64,000 nt of DNA from a virus: IMG/VR virus record IMGVR_UViG_3300013094_000036, positions 1-64,000 of that record; one strand, written 5' to 3'. Shown here one piece after another: positions 51,001 to 61,160 of the stretch. The notes beneath the pieces are model-generated. The model was not told where the DNA came from, made no database searches, and worked only from the letters and a program-made list of their open reading frames with translations. Positions within the stretch are counted from its first letter, which is position 1. The number at the start of each line of letters is the position of its first letter. A program made the translations under genes and the position numbers.

Positions 51001-52185
51001 GGTGGTGTCTTTTCTCCCAATTACAATTCTGTTCTGGTATCCATGGATTTGTCACAATTGGCTTCAGTAGGTGGTGGATTTGGTCCAAATCATAATCCAC
51101 TACTAACAGCAATTTCAGCACCTGCATTAACATCGGTTGGGGGCGGTGACTTCAACCCTTATAACAACGATTCACTCACTGAAATTTCAGTTCCTGTATT
51201 GGCTACAATTGGCGGCGGTCTTGGTATACAATTTAATTATTCACTTACAGAAATTTCAATGCCTGCGTTGACCACAATTGGTGGTCGGTTTTATCCCAAT
51301 AATAATTTATTAACAGCAATTTCAACACCTGTATTGACCACAATTGGCGGTGATTTTGTTCCAAATGAAAATACTGATCTGCTATCTATGGATTTGACAT
51401 TGTTGTCATCAGTGGGTGGCAATTTTAGACCTTTTAATAACGATTCATTGCCAGCGATTAATGTACCTGCATTGACCGCAATTCATGGTGATTTTTATCC
51501 CAATTACAATCCTGCACTGGTATCAATGGATTTGACATTATTGTCTTCAGTTGGGGGCGGGTTTTATCCCAATACCAATACTTCTCTTACAGCCATTTCA
51601 GTACCTGCATTGACAACAGTGGGCCATGACTTTAATCCCAATGCCAATCCTGCTCTGATATCCATGGATTTGACATCGTTGGTATCGGTTGGCGGTAGTT
51701 TTTATCCCTATAACAATAATTCACTTACCGCAATTAGTGTACCTGCATTGACCACTATTGGTGGTGATTTTTATCCCTACGGCAACAATTCACTTACTGA
51801 AATTTCTGCCCCTGTATTGACCACAATTGGCGGTAGTTTTCATCCTAATACAAACAGTTCACTTGTCACTGTGAATATTCCTGCAATAGAGTCAATTTCT
51901 GGAGTAATTGTAGATAATGCGACTACACAACCCTGGGCCACATTCAACATTGGCAATTCACTGAAACATCTTGGTGGAGATGTGGCATTGACTGGCATGG
52001 CATTTGATCAGACATCAGTGGATAATTTGCTTGTTGCACTGGCAGCACTTGATGGAACAAACGGTACCACACTGTATGAAAATCACACAGTGATCATTAC
52101 GGGCACCAGTTCTGCACCCAGTGCAACAGGGCTAGCCGCCATTGCAACTTTACAAGCACGCGGTTGTACAGTGACAACAAATTAA
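48016..52185 (+). CDS. Tail fibre/adhesin with C-terminal L-domain-like 23-aa repeats
   Basis: N-terminal NFP..Y.Y.G.KW, repeated W.F..DG.L.LP, and tandem L..I..P.LT.VGG.F repeats. Confidence 0.8.
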   Translation: MALNFPYPATQDQIYLAPNGVTYVYDGHKWVVQPTSPTGNLILSNNVITSNNLGNIYIDSNNFTWTFDNTGGLVFPDNTVQTTAGGGGNINTGNIRFRGDAIYDFNGIIVENADLLHGATAALILPANGDTSDIFLNRLYGGVTIGTGPANAITNQWEFGSDGTLNLPAASNGNAVIQSLSPIELNSQNNIWIFKTDGNLELPIIFGQDTSIGTTFNTNPPGHTLTLKYNGGVNDGSGGELQFNYGTAEINVVKDAGITRTWTFGSDGVLTLPDGGYLDDNGGITRLGAAGNMGVQIGSSDQQNYVTASDIGVTIQTLADTVNSLWVFDINGAITMPLHTRLNSGGIGNTNSAEFGTVVNTYTDNGIVQNSQIYMSAGTGEARILVNMEGQTLVYYGTEEVYNPNFTGMVSMDPNVRSQYAMSADDNGNILIGGAQIGGTLVSSDYIAGIGSLNSDYNMNGLYADTKSTLVSGLGNVRVQSGGGLIWQFNSDGTLTLPNSYNSLYQTDNALIKSIANIQISAGESSLIFATDGNLTVPNILNVGVTTYIGSNSIGNVPAAALNLNNSGAPGQLLTQLTLINTAGNGGTGSAIDFYTYTNQGNGIPGARLQSIDDDNYSGIFSIALKGPGSGGNNDLTTFWTFGPDGSLTFPDGSKQTSAYQVPDIVITGSWAYEFMFDITNTWSSNYSQPVIKVDRLVYNENGHGNTLTSFTFNNVVYIQNDFDFENDTILTSISMPKLIYVGGNFNISYDDALTNLDISLLTTVDGNFYPNNNNALTVISVPALTTVGGNFYPNYNHALESMNLTFLSSVGGDFDPNNNTLLTEINVPVLTAVGGGFYPNYNPAMISMDLTSLSSVGGDFDPNSNNSLTTISVPALTTVGGSFYPNYNPAMVSMDLTSLSSVGGDFDPNNNTSLTTISVPALTTVGGEFYPNYNPAMVSMDLILLSSVGGDFDPNNNTSLTTISVPELTTVSGAFYPNSNNSLTEISVPALTTIGGVFSPNYNSVLVSMDLSQLASVGGGFGPNHNPLLTAISAPALTSVGGGDFNPYNNDSLTEISVPVLATIGGGLGIQFNYSLTEISMPALTTIGGRFYPNNNLLTAISTPVLTTIGGDFVPNENTDLLSMDLTLLSSVGGNFRPFNNDSLPAINVPALTAIHGDFYPNYNPALVSMDLTLLSSVGGGFYPNTNTSLTAISVPALTTVGHDFNPNANPALISMDLTSLVSVGGSFYPYNNNSLTAISVPALTTIGGDFYPYGNNSLTEISAPVLTTIGGSFHPNTNSSLVTVNIPAIESISGVIVDNATTQPWATFNIGNSLKHLGGDVALTGMAFDQTSVDNLLVALAALDGTNGTTLYENHTVIITGTSSAPSATGLAAIATLQARGCTVTTN
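50200..51900 (+). repeat. Coding tandem repeats, about 69-nt unit with alternating 138-nt period
   Basis: Near-identical blocks, e.g. 50727-50795 versus 50865-50933. Confidence 0.85.
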
Positions 52186-52198
52186 AAGGAAATACACA

Positions 52199-52657
52199 AT
52201 GACAACAGTTGTACTACCACAATATGCCAGACAAATAAATGTACCTTATGCTTGGTTACTCAAGGGAGCAATTGATAAAACTTTGGCAGCCACATTGACA
52301 CCAAAGGTAGGCTGGACAGCAGACGACGCTGCTGTAACTACCTGGTTGGCAGCACATCCTGTGCCACAGGGATTGACCATGAATGCAACCACGCAGGATC
52401 TAAACACCTTGCTGGGAATAAAAATACCAGGAACTGACACAGTTGTTCCTGTGTCCAGAATCATGAATCTGCTCACCACTGAAAACAAAACATCGCTGGC
52501 ACAAAATCCACAATCTGCTGCATTCTGGATCAATCTTGTGGGAGAGACCACAATAAATGTCAGTGACCCTGTATTTGTAGCAGAAATCAACAACATGGTT
52601 ACTGCTAATACCATAACACAGCAACAAGCCACTGCCATTTTGGCATTGCGAGTTTAG
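52199..52657 (+). CDS. Hypothetical protein (possible fibre-associated)
   Basis: Directly downstream of the tail fibre; AGGA RBS. Confidence 0.55.
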   Translation: MTTVVLPQYARQINVPYAWLLKGAIDKTLAATLTPKVGWTADDAAVTTWLAAHPVPQGLTMNATTQDLNTLLGIKIPGTDTVVPVSRIMNLLTTENKTSLAQNPQSAAFWINLVGETTINVSDPVFVAEINNMVTANTITQQQATAILALRV

Positions 52658-52820
52658 TATATATTTGTAGAAAATACAATATTTGTATATCAAGACATGG
52701 GTTATGGTCTATAAAACCTTACCTTGAATGTAAATCTGCAAAACATTACTATTCTCTTATTCAAACTGTTTGACATTCACACAAAAAGTGCTATAAACTA
52801 TTAACTTATAGGAGTTAGAA

Positions 52821-54040
52821 ATGCACAGTGATGATCTTGGCGACAGAATGAAGAGTTATGAGAGTCAGGAATGTGACAGAAAATTTCTTCCAGGTCTTCC
52901 TGTTTATGCAAGAATAGATGGACGCAATTTTTCTAGATTTACCAAAAACATGACACGACCCTACGACGAACGCATGAGCCGTGCCATGGTGGCAACCGCC
53001 AGCGCCCTGGTGGAGAAAACGCATGCTACTCTTCGCATATTAATTCAATAAATATCATATTAATTTAGCATACCAACCGGCATATATTAGTATGTTACGC
53101 CTGGTTGCGTATGATCTAGCTCGTTTTGTATCATATGATAGTGGTTTATCATTATACATTGTATCTCGTAGATTAGAAAATGGTAAGTTGTTGTCAATAC
53201 AATATTGTTTAAAATTTCCAATGCAAGTGTGAATTAATTGTCCTTCTGCATTATATATTGCTATTTGTTTAGCATTTGGATTGTCTGCACCAGATACTTT
53301 GTTTTTATTAACCCCTACTAGATTGGTATTGTTATTGAATTCTTCTCGTGTGACACTAATGGTTGAATTAGTTTCTGTATCAAATGCAGATACTAGATTT
53401 TTTGAAACATGCACCCATGTTCCATTCTTTATGTTTGGATGGTCTTTATCTGCAAGGAATCTATTTCCGTAGTTATCAATAACCGGTGATTTACCTGTAT
53501 TTGGGCAAGATCATAAAGATGACCTCCGTGCTGGCTGGACTGGCAACGGCTGCATTCATCCAGGCAATATCACGGGAATTTGGATCGGTACAAGGGTCCA
53601 CCTTGATGGAAAAACTTCCACATTTTGATGCACGGGTCATCCAACTACCAAGTGAAATGGAAGCAGCGAACATGCTGTTGTGGCGTAATCTGGATGCCAC
53701 CAAGAATTCTGTTAGCATGGCAGCACACCACTATTACAGTCACCGAGAATTACATGGTAAAACAGGAGCAGAAAAGCAGGAAATGCTTTTTCAAAAAGGA
53801 ATAAATTTTAACGATTACCCAGAATATTTCAAAAGGGGTGTGTTTGCAAGGAGATCTGTTATACAGCGACAATTTACTGCAGATGAACTCGCTGATATTC
53901 CTGAAAAATTTAGACCTGACCCCACCACTTTAATAAACAGAACAAAAATACAGGAATTTGATTTACCACCTCTGAACAAAATTGCAAATTTAACAGATGT
54001 GCTTTTTCACTCTGCAGAGGTTCAATTAAAGACAACCTAG
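52821..54040 (+). pseudogene. Disrupted tRNA(His) guanylyltransferase Thg1-like gene
   Basis: N part RMKSYE..RIDGRNFSRFT (52821-about 53035) and C part K..SVLAG..FDARV..WR..DA (about 53503-54040); the SDE segment is absent. Confidence 0.8.
53055..53504 (-). pseudogene. C-terminal fragment of a homing endonuclease inserted antisense in Thg1
   Basis: SGADNPNAK.I.IYN..G NUMOD-like motif; no nuclease domain. Confidence 0.6.
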
Positions 54041-54391
<351 letters not shown>

Positions 54392-54567
54392 CTACATAGG
54401 TTTTATCTGGATTTTATATAATAACTTTCCCAGTTATATTTATTTTAACCTGTCTAAGAAAAAATAATTTTACTGCAAAAACGCCATATTTTGAACAAAA
54501 ATTACCTGTAAATAGTTTTGACATAGAACAAGTTATATCACAAAATTAATAGCAAAGGAATGATAAC

Positions 54568-54852
54568 ATGAAAAAAATTGCCGTCAGTTTATTTTTCTCA
54601 AGTGCAGTTTGTATTCTTGGGATGACACCAGCACACGCTGATGGATATTATCGTGGTGGTGGTGGCAACTACTGGGTTGCACCGTTTGTAACGGGTGCTG
54701 TTATTGGTGGCGTGATTGGTTCAGTTTTGACTCCACCACCTCCGGTAGTTTATGTTGCTCCGCCACAGGTTTATTCTCCAGCACAATGCTGGCAAGAAAT
54801 TGCCTACTATGATGCATGGAATCGTCCTGTATATCGTACTGTATGTCAGTGA
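54568..54852 (+). CDS. Small secreted Gly/Pro-rich protein
   Basis: Signal peptide ending AHA, WVAP..GAVIGG, PPPVVY. Confidence 0.65.
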   Translation: MKKIAVSLFFSSAVCILGMTPAHADGYYRGGGGNYWVAPFVTGAVIGGVIGSVLTPPPPVVYVAPPQVYSPAQCWQEIAYYDAWNRPVYRTVCQ

Positions 54853-54939
54853 ACCATCTCGGCACAAGAGTTATAAAAATCTCTTGACAAAGTTGTATGA
54901 GTTATATTATATTCAGATTCTGAAAAGGGATAAAACACA

Positions 54940-55122
54940 ATGTTTTACATTTTGGTTGACACTGAAACTGAGAGTCGCTGCATGACTTTTGATTCATTCA
55001 GCAAGGTTCAAGATGCTTATTATCGTCAATGGCGAGCAGCAGATGGGTCAATACCTTGGAAAATAATCTGCGGTGAATATCTTATAGACCCTGCTGACGG
55101 CAATATCCTGCAGAAGTTCTAG
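54940..55122 (+). CDS. Hypothetical protein
   Basis: Upstream TTGACA promoter and RBS. Confidence 0.5.
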   Translation: MFYILVDTETESRCMTFDSFSKVQDAYYRQWRAADGSIPWKIICGEYLIDPADGNILQKF

Positions 55123-55127
55123 TATCA

Positions 55128-55556
55128 ATGCGTTCACATAAAGACTGGATCCACATCTTAAAAAAGATGTTGGAGGATATGCCTACCACTGAACTCAGCC
55201 ATCGCAGTAGGTTGGCTAGTGCTGTGGTATATCGTGGAGATTTGGTGAGTTTTGGATTTAACAGTTTAAAAACTCACCCTCTACAGGCAAAATATAGCAA
55301 GAACCCATGGAGTATTCATCTTCACAGTGAGATTGATGCAATCAAGAATGCGCTTCGTCATATTTCACAGCGTGAACTAAGCAAGAGCACCTTGTATGTT
55401 GCTCGTGTCAAGAAGGAACATTTAACCATGAAAAATATTCAGGGATTGGCAATGCCATGTCCAGGATGTGCCAGAGCAATTGCTACTTTTGATATTCCTC
55501 AGGTTATCTGGACTCTTGATAGGTCTGGCTTGAGTTGTGATGAAAATATGGCTTGA
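55128..55556 (+). CDS. Cytidine/dCMP deaminase family protein
   Basis: HSE and PCPGC zinc motifs. Confidence 0.85.
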   Translation: MRSHKDWIHILKKMLEDMPTTELSHRSRLASAVVYRGDLVSFGFNSLKTHPLQAKYSKNPWSIHLHSEIDAIKNALRHISQRELSKSTLYVARVKKEHLTMKNIQGLAMPCPGCARAIATFDIPQVIWTLDRSGLSCDENMA

Positions 55557-55559
55557 ACA

Positions 55560-56591
55560 ATGCCTGGTAAATTATACAAAATAGAATACAAAGACAAGGT
55601 TTTAGAGACCAATCATTTTGCTGATATTTCCGATCAAAAATGTGAAGAAATTCGTCAAGCATATTATAGAAAACCCAGTATAGAAGCGGTTCATAAAAAT
55701 CTGGCTAGTATCAGGCGTGGTGGCACACAAGTTTCCGCCATTACTGATTTTTATGTAAAAGACCTGATGAGTATGACTAAACTGTATAGCCCACGATGGA
55801 CTATTTCAGAAGTTTTTGAATGCAATGATTTAATTCGTTATTTCTATTCGCGAATTTTATCCAGTGAAAAAGTTTATCCAAGTTCAAAAAGTGAAATAGA
55901 AAATATTGAGACTGCCTTGAGAATTTCAGGTGGAGGAGTTGCCATGAAACCCAGCAACTTTCCCATGCACACTGTTGATGCGATTCTTGGAAAATATAAT
56001 TTAAACAATCGCTATTATGATTTTAGTTGTGGTTGGGGTGTGAGGTTACTTTCTGCACTCAAGAACAAGATAGCCTATTTTGGCACTGACCCCAATTATG
56101 AATTGGTAAAACGATTGTCTGCAATTCACAAAGATTATGATTTGGTAAATTCAACACAATCTTCAGTTGATATCCGAGCAACAGGCAGTGAAGTTTTTCA
56201 TTCTGACTGGTGTAACTCTATGGGAGTGGCTTTTAGTTCGCCACCATATTTTGATTTAGAAGATTATCGAATTGGCAAACAATCAATTCAAGGTCGTGAT
56301 TATCAAAAATGGTTGGCACAATATATGCAACCTACAATAGAAAATACAAAAAATTACCTAATATCAGGAGGACATATAATCATCAATATTAAAAATTATG
56401 GTGATTATAAACTCTATGATGATACTTTTTCCCTGTGTCAACAGAGTGGTTTAACCTATATTGAAACCCTGACACTTGATAATATCACAAGACCCAGTGC
56501 CAAACCGAACATAAACACTGATGAAAAAATAATGGTATTTCGTCACGGTGAAACGGAAAAATCCTCTCCCATGGATATGTTTGTTTTTTAA
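55560..56591 (+). CDS. Amino (N4-C/N6-A) methyltransferase, probably acting on DNA
   Basis: DFSCGWG SAM motif and SPPY catalytic motif. Confidence 0.85.
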   Translation: MPGKLYKIEYKDKVLETNHFADISDQKCEEIRQAYYRKPSIEAVHKNLASIRRGGTQVSAITDFYVKDLMSMTKLYSPRWTISEVFECNDLIRYFYSRILSSEKVYPSSKSEIENIETALRISGGGVAMKPSNFPMHTVDAILGKYNLNNRYYDFSCGWGVRLLSALKNKIAYFGTDPNYELVKRLSAIHKDYDLVNSTQSSVDIRATGSEVFHSDWCNSMGVAFSSPPYFDLEDYRIGKQSIQGRDYQKWLAQYMQPTIENTKNYLISGGHIIINIKNYGDYKLYDDTFSLCQQSGLTYIETLTLDNITRPSAKPNINTDEKIMVFRHGETEKSSPMDMFVF

Positions 56592-56648
56592 CAGGCTTGA
56601 CAATATCTTTTATCTTTGATAGATTATCAACAAACCGAAGGAATTAAC

Positions 56649-57284
56649 ATGAGTGCTGCTATCTGCCTAAAGACTGTTCGTGATGAACAATTGGCACAGA
56701 ATAACTCTAGCCGAAATGTTCATGATCATTTAAAGCATCTTGATGTTCCAGAATTACAAAAAATTTCTGAGCAGGATAGGAAACCCTGGTACACAGTTTG
56801 TCTTAATTGTACAGGTGATTTAAATGTTGGAGTAATGATAAGAACCAGTCATTGTTTGGGTGCAACTGGTGTGATTATCCATGGGCGGCAGAAAATTGAC
56901 AATCGCAGTTTGGTTGGTGCTGCCAATTATATTCGTGTGATCAAGACAGCAACCGATTACGAACTAACTGATCCACATGCATTTGTCAAAATTCTAGATG
57001 AAAATAATCTTACACCGGTTATTGTTGAGCAAAATGGCTTAAATCTTAACCAGATTTGCTGGCAGACAAGAATTCAGGCCATGAATAACAGAGGAAGAAT
57101 TCCAGCACTTATTATGGGAAATGAAACTGGTGGTGTTCCACAGAGTTTTATTGATGTTTGTCTGCAAATGCCAAATAGCCTTGTCGTTTCTATTCCCATG
57201 CTGGGTGTAATTCGCAGCCTAAATGTAGCAGTTGCTCATGGAATAGTTGCCGGAAATATGTGCCAGAATATGAACTGGATTTGA
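56649..57284 (+). CDS. SpoU/TrmH family RNA 2'-O-methyltransferase
   Basis: NVG..IRT, GNETGG, IPM.G..RSLNVAVA. Confidence 0.92.
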   Translation: MSAAICLKTVRDEQLAQNNSSRNVHDHLKHLDVPELQKISEQDRKPWYTVCLNCTGDLNVGVMIRTSHCLGATGVIIHGRQKIDNRSLVGAANYIRVIKTATDYELTDPHAFVKILDENNLTPVIVEQNGLNLNQICWQTRIQAMNNRGRIPALIMGNETGGVPQSFIDVCLQMPNSLVVSIPMLGVIRSLNVAVAHGIVAGNMCQNMNWI

Positions 57285-57364
57285 TGATAACAGTTAATTT
57301 AAACTATGATTGACTGTTTAAAGTTTTTCACTTATTCTTATAATAAAATACACAAGGTTACATA

Positions 57365-57619
57365 ATGTCTATTTCTCTTGAAAATCTGATAAATTCTCTG
57401 CAACAGGGAGTTGTTGAAATTTGTTTCACCAAAGTTGATGGCAGTGATAGAACCATGTTGTCTACTACTAGACCAGATTATATCAATTATGAATTTATGC
57501 AAAAAACGAAAATACCAAACAACACAGCCAGTTCTGCTGTGATAAAAGTCTGGGACACAGAAAAAGGTGCCTGGCGAAGTATTCGAATCGCCAATATAAA
57601 AACCTGGAAAGAATGTTAA
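57365..57619 (+). CDS. SH3/WYL-like small phage protein
   Basis: FTKVDG..R.M..T, VWD.EK..WRS.R. Confidence 0.75.
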   Translation: MSISLENLINSLQQGVVEICFTKVDGSDRTMLSTTRPDYINYEFMQKTKIPNNTASSAVIKVWDTEKGAWRSIRIANIKTWKEC

Positions 57620-57647
57620 AAATCATTTTAAGTTATCTGAAACCACT

Positions 57648-57983
57648 GTGATGAGTGATACCGATAGGAAAATACCGTTGATATTCTTTATTAAAAATTA
57701 TCTGCAGCAGTTAATTGGCTGGATATTTAATCGTGATGTTGTTTGGGTAAAATTCTGCCATGATGATAAGATTCATATTTGTTTCATTATTTCTGACTGG
57801 GATCCCTTTGTAGAAACCAAAACACAACATATTGTAGTTAAAAGACAGCGATATAAAATCGATAAAAATGGCAAAGTTTTAGGATACAACCATCCATATA
57901 AAGGGTTTTTTCAAGGACGATGGATTTACGCCGATTACGCCAAACGAGTCATGATGAACTTACGAGGCGAAGCTGATTTTTAA
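57648..57983 (+). CDS. Hypothetical protein
   Basis: ORF in a co-oriented run. Confidence 0.5.
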   Translation: MMSDTDRKIPLIFFIKNYLQQLIGWIFNRDVVWVKFCHDDKIHICFIISDWDPFVETKTQHIVVKRQRYKIDKNGKVLGYNHPYKGFFQGRWIYADYAKRVMMNLRGEADF

Positions 57984-58046
57984 AAAAAAACGCTTGACAA
58001 GACAGTCCAACTCGTATACTATCATCAAGATTAAGGAGCAAACATC

Positions 58047-58220
58047 ATGAGTAATGACAGCAATAAAGACAGTGGATTGATCGCAGGGACAGCATTTCTG
58101 CTTATTGCATTTATAGCATGGGGATTTACCAGCTGGACACGATTCTTTATTGTTTTGGCAATTTTAGCATTAATCTGGTTGGCTCCTGGTTCACCAACTG
58201 CTGTTCATGTTAACTTCTAA
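58047..58220 (+). CDS. Small membrane protein (not in ORF track)
   Basis: Promoter at 57994, AAGGAG RBS, two hydrophobic segments. Confidence 0.55.
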   Translation: MSNDSNKDSGLIAGTAFLLIAFIAWGFTSWTRFFIVLAILALIWLAPGSPTAVHVNF

Positions 58221-58261
58221 CGGCCAGTTAGGTATCACCAAATTAAAAAGGAGAATATAAC

Positions 58262-58486
58262 ATGACAGAATCATTTGTGGTTAATGCTCTAAAAACACAT
58301 ATTGATATAGTGAGTTTCGATCCAGTAATTCAAACAGAACTGGTATGCCATCTGCCAGCAATTGAATTGATTGATATTGCAAAATCACCAGGTTCCGAAA
58401 CCTATGATCAAGTTGCCACCAATCTTGGAAGAATAATTTTGTCTGCACTGGCACAGGCATTCAATTCACAGGGAGTCTATCCCTGA
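58262..58486 (+). CDS. Hypothetical protein
   Basis: AGGAG RBS. Confidence 0.55.
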   Translation: MTESFVVNALKTHIDIVSFDPVIQTELVCHLPAIELIDIAKSPGSETYDQVATNLGRIILSALAQAFNSQGVYP

Positions 58487-58845
58487 TGCCTATTTGGGAA
58501 ATTCACAGAGTCACAAAAAGTGGCAAAACCGTAAAAACTGTGCTGGCAACTGGTAACACAGAAAAAGAGGCTTGGAGAGTTTTTAACCACCATGAAACAT
58601 GGCGATGTTACCCAGAGTCTGCAAGTTTTGCGGCTATTCTAAAAAATTGAGCCTACAAGGTGTGCAGTCGATGGGTGTAAACCTATGAAAGAATGGTTAA
58701 TTATATCGATAGTTGTTATTATCTTGGCAAGTATTTTTAGCATACCTGTCTTAATTTGGATTGTCAAACCAAAAAAGAAGAATTGACAATCCAGAAAAAA
58801 TTTATAAAATAAAAATAGAAATAGTTGGCCAAGAAGGATTGTAAA

Positions 58846-59118
58846 ATGAAAAATATCGTGACAGAAAAACCAATGATAACAGAAATTCAAAATCAAGATC
58901 AGATCGATGTTGACGTTGCCATGTTGAAAGCTAATCTGGAAACAGCCAAATCCAGCGGCGATAGTGCAAGAGCAACAAAACTTGAAAAACAAATTGCATT
59001 ACTAGAAGATGCTGCTGTGATTTATCATCTACATTCTGAACGCAAGGTTTTTTATGTGGATGTTGGTGATATGCCACAAGAAGTTGTAGAAAAAATCAAA
59101 AAGGATTTAACAGAATGA
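58846..59118 (+). CDS. Hypothetical protein
   Basis: ER.VFYVDVGDMP motif reminiscent of a T4 portal segment; promoter upstream. Confidence 0.5.
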   Translation: MKNIVTEKPMITEIQNQDQIDVDVAMLKANLETAKSSGDSARATKLEKQIALLEDAAVIYHLHSERKVFYVDVGDMPQEVVEKIKKDLTE

Positions 59119-59651
59119 CAAAACAAGTACCAAATGTAACGTTCAAAACCCGAGTGCGAGATGAAAGCATTTCTGGTCCCAATCCCTATCGCTGGCAAGA
59201 CATGACCAGTGCAGATTATTTTACTGGCAAGCGAGTGATAGTTTTCAGTTTGCCTGGTGCGTTCACACCAACTTGCAGCACATACCAATTGCCAGATTTT
59301 GAAAAACTCTATGAAGATTTCACAGCACAGGGCATTGATGAAATTTACTGCATTTCAGTAAATGATTCTTTTGTCATGAATGCCTGGGGCCGTCAGCAGT
59401 GTGTGAATCGTGTCAAATTGATTCCAGATGGCAGTGGCAAGTTTACACGCATGATGGGCATGCTGGTGGACAAAGACAATCTGGGGTTTGGCATGCGTAG
59501 CTGGCGATATGCCATGCTGGTCAATGATGGTGTTATTGAAGAGTTTTGGCCAGAACCTGGTTTTCAAGACAACGCTGAAACTGATCCCTACGGCGAAAGT
59601 TCGCCACAAACAATTCTAGAGCGTATCAGCGGTAAAAACCAACAAAACTGA
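59115..59651 (+). CDS. Peroxiredoxin (PRX5-like)
   Basis: PGAFTPTCS, SVNDSFVM..W, RSWRYAM. Confidence 0.95.
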   Translation: MTKQVPNVTFKTRVRDESISGPNPYRWQDMTSADYFTGKRVIVFSLPGAFTPTCSTYQLPDFEKLYEDFTAQGIDEIYCISVNDSFVMNAWGRQQCVNRVKLIPDGSGKFTRMMGMLVDKDNLGFGMRSWRYAMLVNDGVIEEFWPEPGFQDNAETDPYGESSPQTILERISGKNQQN

Positions 59652-59955
59652 AATAAACATGCACCAAGTTCACTTGTCCTGGTGCATGGACATTCTCAAA
59701 AGAATGAAAGATGTGGTAGAAGGTGATCTCAGTGATCATGACAAGGAAGAGTATGCTATGCTGGCAATGGCAGGATCTATGGCTGGTGGAGGCGCTGGAA
59801 TGGACAACTGCCTACAAATATGTATGCTGGTGATCCTCTTCCGCTGCTTAACCTGCAAGGACCGGCTGCTCGTTAAAAAATCTAGCGTGTAATACAAATA
59901 CACGCTAGACAAAAATGCATTTATCTAGTAGTATTAAATACTTAACAGGTTAATT

Positions 59956-60030
59956 GCACTGGTAGCTCAAAGGAGGAGCGTCCCGCTCATAACGGGAAGG
60001 TTGGGATGTCAGGATTCCCCCGGTGCACCA
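59956..60030 (+). tRNA. tRNA with CAU anticodon (Met or Ile2), atypical T-loop
   Basis: Acceptor gcactgg/ccggtgc+ACCA; anticodon arm tcccg-CTCATAA-cggga. Confidence 0.85.
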
Positions 60031-60180
60031 TTTTTGAGGTAAGAAACCAAAATACATCTTTAGGATGTACGGAGTGGTTTCATTGCGCAGGCGGGCAGGG
60101 GGCCATGCGTAAAAAAACAATAATTGTATATTATCGGCCTGCTAAATATCTCTAGCATATATGCCTAAGCGGAGTTAGCA

Positions 60181-60726
60181 ATGACCAAAAAATCAAGTGT
60201 CGAAAACATGCGAGAATTAATGACACTTATGGAAAACGCAGCTGGTTTTCAAGCAGCAGACCCAACAGATCGCAGAAATATATCTTGGACTAAACCCAAT
60301 CTTAATTTTGAATGGTCAGAGATAGAGTTTCAATCAGACGTGCCAGACGTGCCATCTGATGTGAGACAGTACCTCAAGCAGCACTATCCGGATAAGGCTA
60401 CCTGGCTACGGGCAGCACAGCGGGGTCAGGCGGTGACCATACCGCCTAATCATAGGCTTGACATAGAAAACTATCCAAGAAACAAGCGGTCATTAATTGC
60501 TGAGCTCAAGCCACAGCAAGACTCGGCTGGTCCTGATAAGGCAGCTAGAGCAGAACAAGCCTTTGACAAAGGATCTGTGGAGATGCCTATTATTCTCAAC
60601 ACAGGCAACAGGCTTTGGTTGATTGGTGGCAAGACACGACTGGGCTTTGCCAACTATATCTTTAAAATTCCAGCTAAGGTATGGATGATAGGGGGGCAGC
60701 TCAAAAAAGCCAACTATTACGGTTGA
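60181..60726 (+). CDS. Hypothetical late protein with ParB-like C-terminal motif
   Basis: MPII...LIGG.TRL; N-terminal MRELM.LME. Confidence 0.55.
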   Translation: MTKKSSVENMRELMTLMENAAGFQAADPTDRRNISWTKPNLNFEWSEIEFQSDVPDVPSDVRQYLKQHYPDKATWLRAAQRGQAVTIPPNHRLDIENYPRNKRSLIAELKPQQDSAGPDKAARAEQAFDKGSVEMPIILNTGNRLWLIGGKTRLGFANYIFKIPAKVWMIGGQLKKANYYG

Positions 60727-61015
60727 AGAAATAGTAGCAATAAAACGGTATCTAACATCGGGTAAATATGATGAATAAAAATTTACTCTGTTAGATACTA
60801 CAAAATCATTTAAAACCGAAAATTGTCTCCCTGACCAATTATGGTTGACTAATCATGTGACTCTAGAACAATATTATCAAACAGGAAAATTTCACCTTTC
60901 ATCCGACGACGAAAAAATTTAAAAAAAATATCATAACCGTGCATTTTTTCAGTTGACAGATAAGTAAATATGATATATAAATACACTCATAAAGAGGATT
61001 AAGAGTTCAAAAACA

Positions 61016-61153
61016 ATGATGCAAAAAACAACAATTTTATGTAATGTAATTAACCGCGAGGCCTATAAGCCCGTGCTGAGGTTTGCTGCCTAGAGGATTC
61101 GTATAGATCATCAAGGTAAGCAAACCCCAGAAACAAAAATTCTGGGGTTTTTT
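61016..61153 (+). promoter_or_regulatory. Leader peptide (25 aa) plus terminator/antiterminator: putative attenuator
   Basis: ORF 61016-61093; terminator 61122-61153; 61076-61087 pairs with 61119-61130; -35 box at 60953. Confidence 0.7.
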
Positions 61154-61160
61154 GTTACAC

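Noticed and set aside
58846-59118. Portal protein gene
   Set aside because: Only a short ER.VFYVDVG.MP resemblance in a 90-aa ORF, far too short for a portal.
59659-59892. ORF downstream of the peroxiredoxin
   Set aside because: No clear RBS or motif, and another frame is open over part of it, so no product can be supported.
60035-60112. Two hairpins after the CAU tRNA as a separate ncRNA
   Set aside because: They could simply be trailer or terminator structure; there is no further support.
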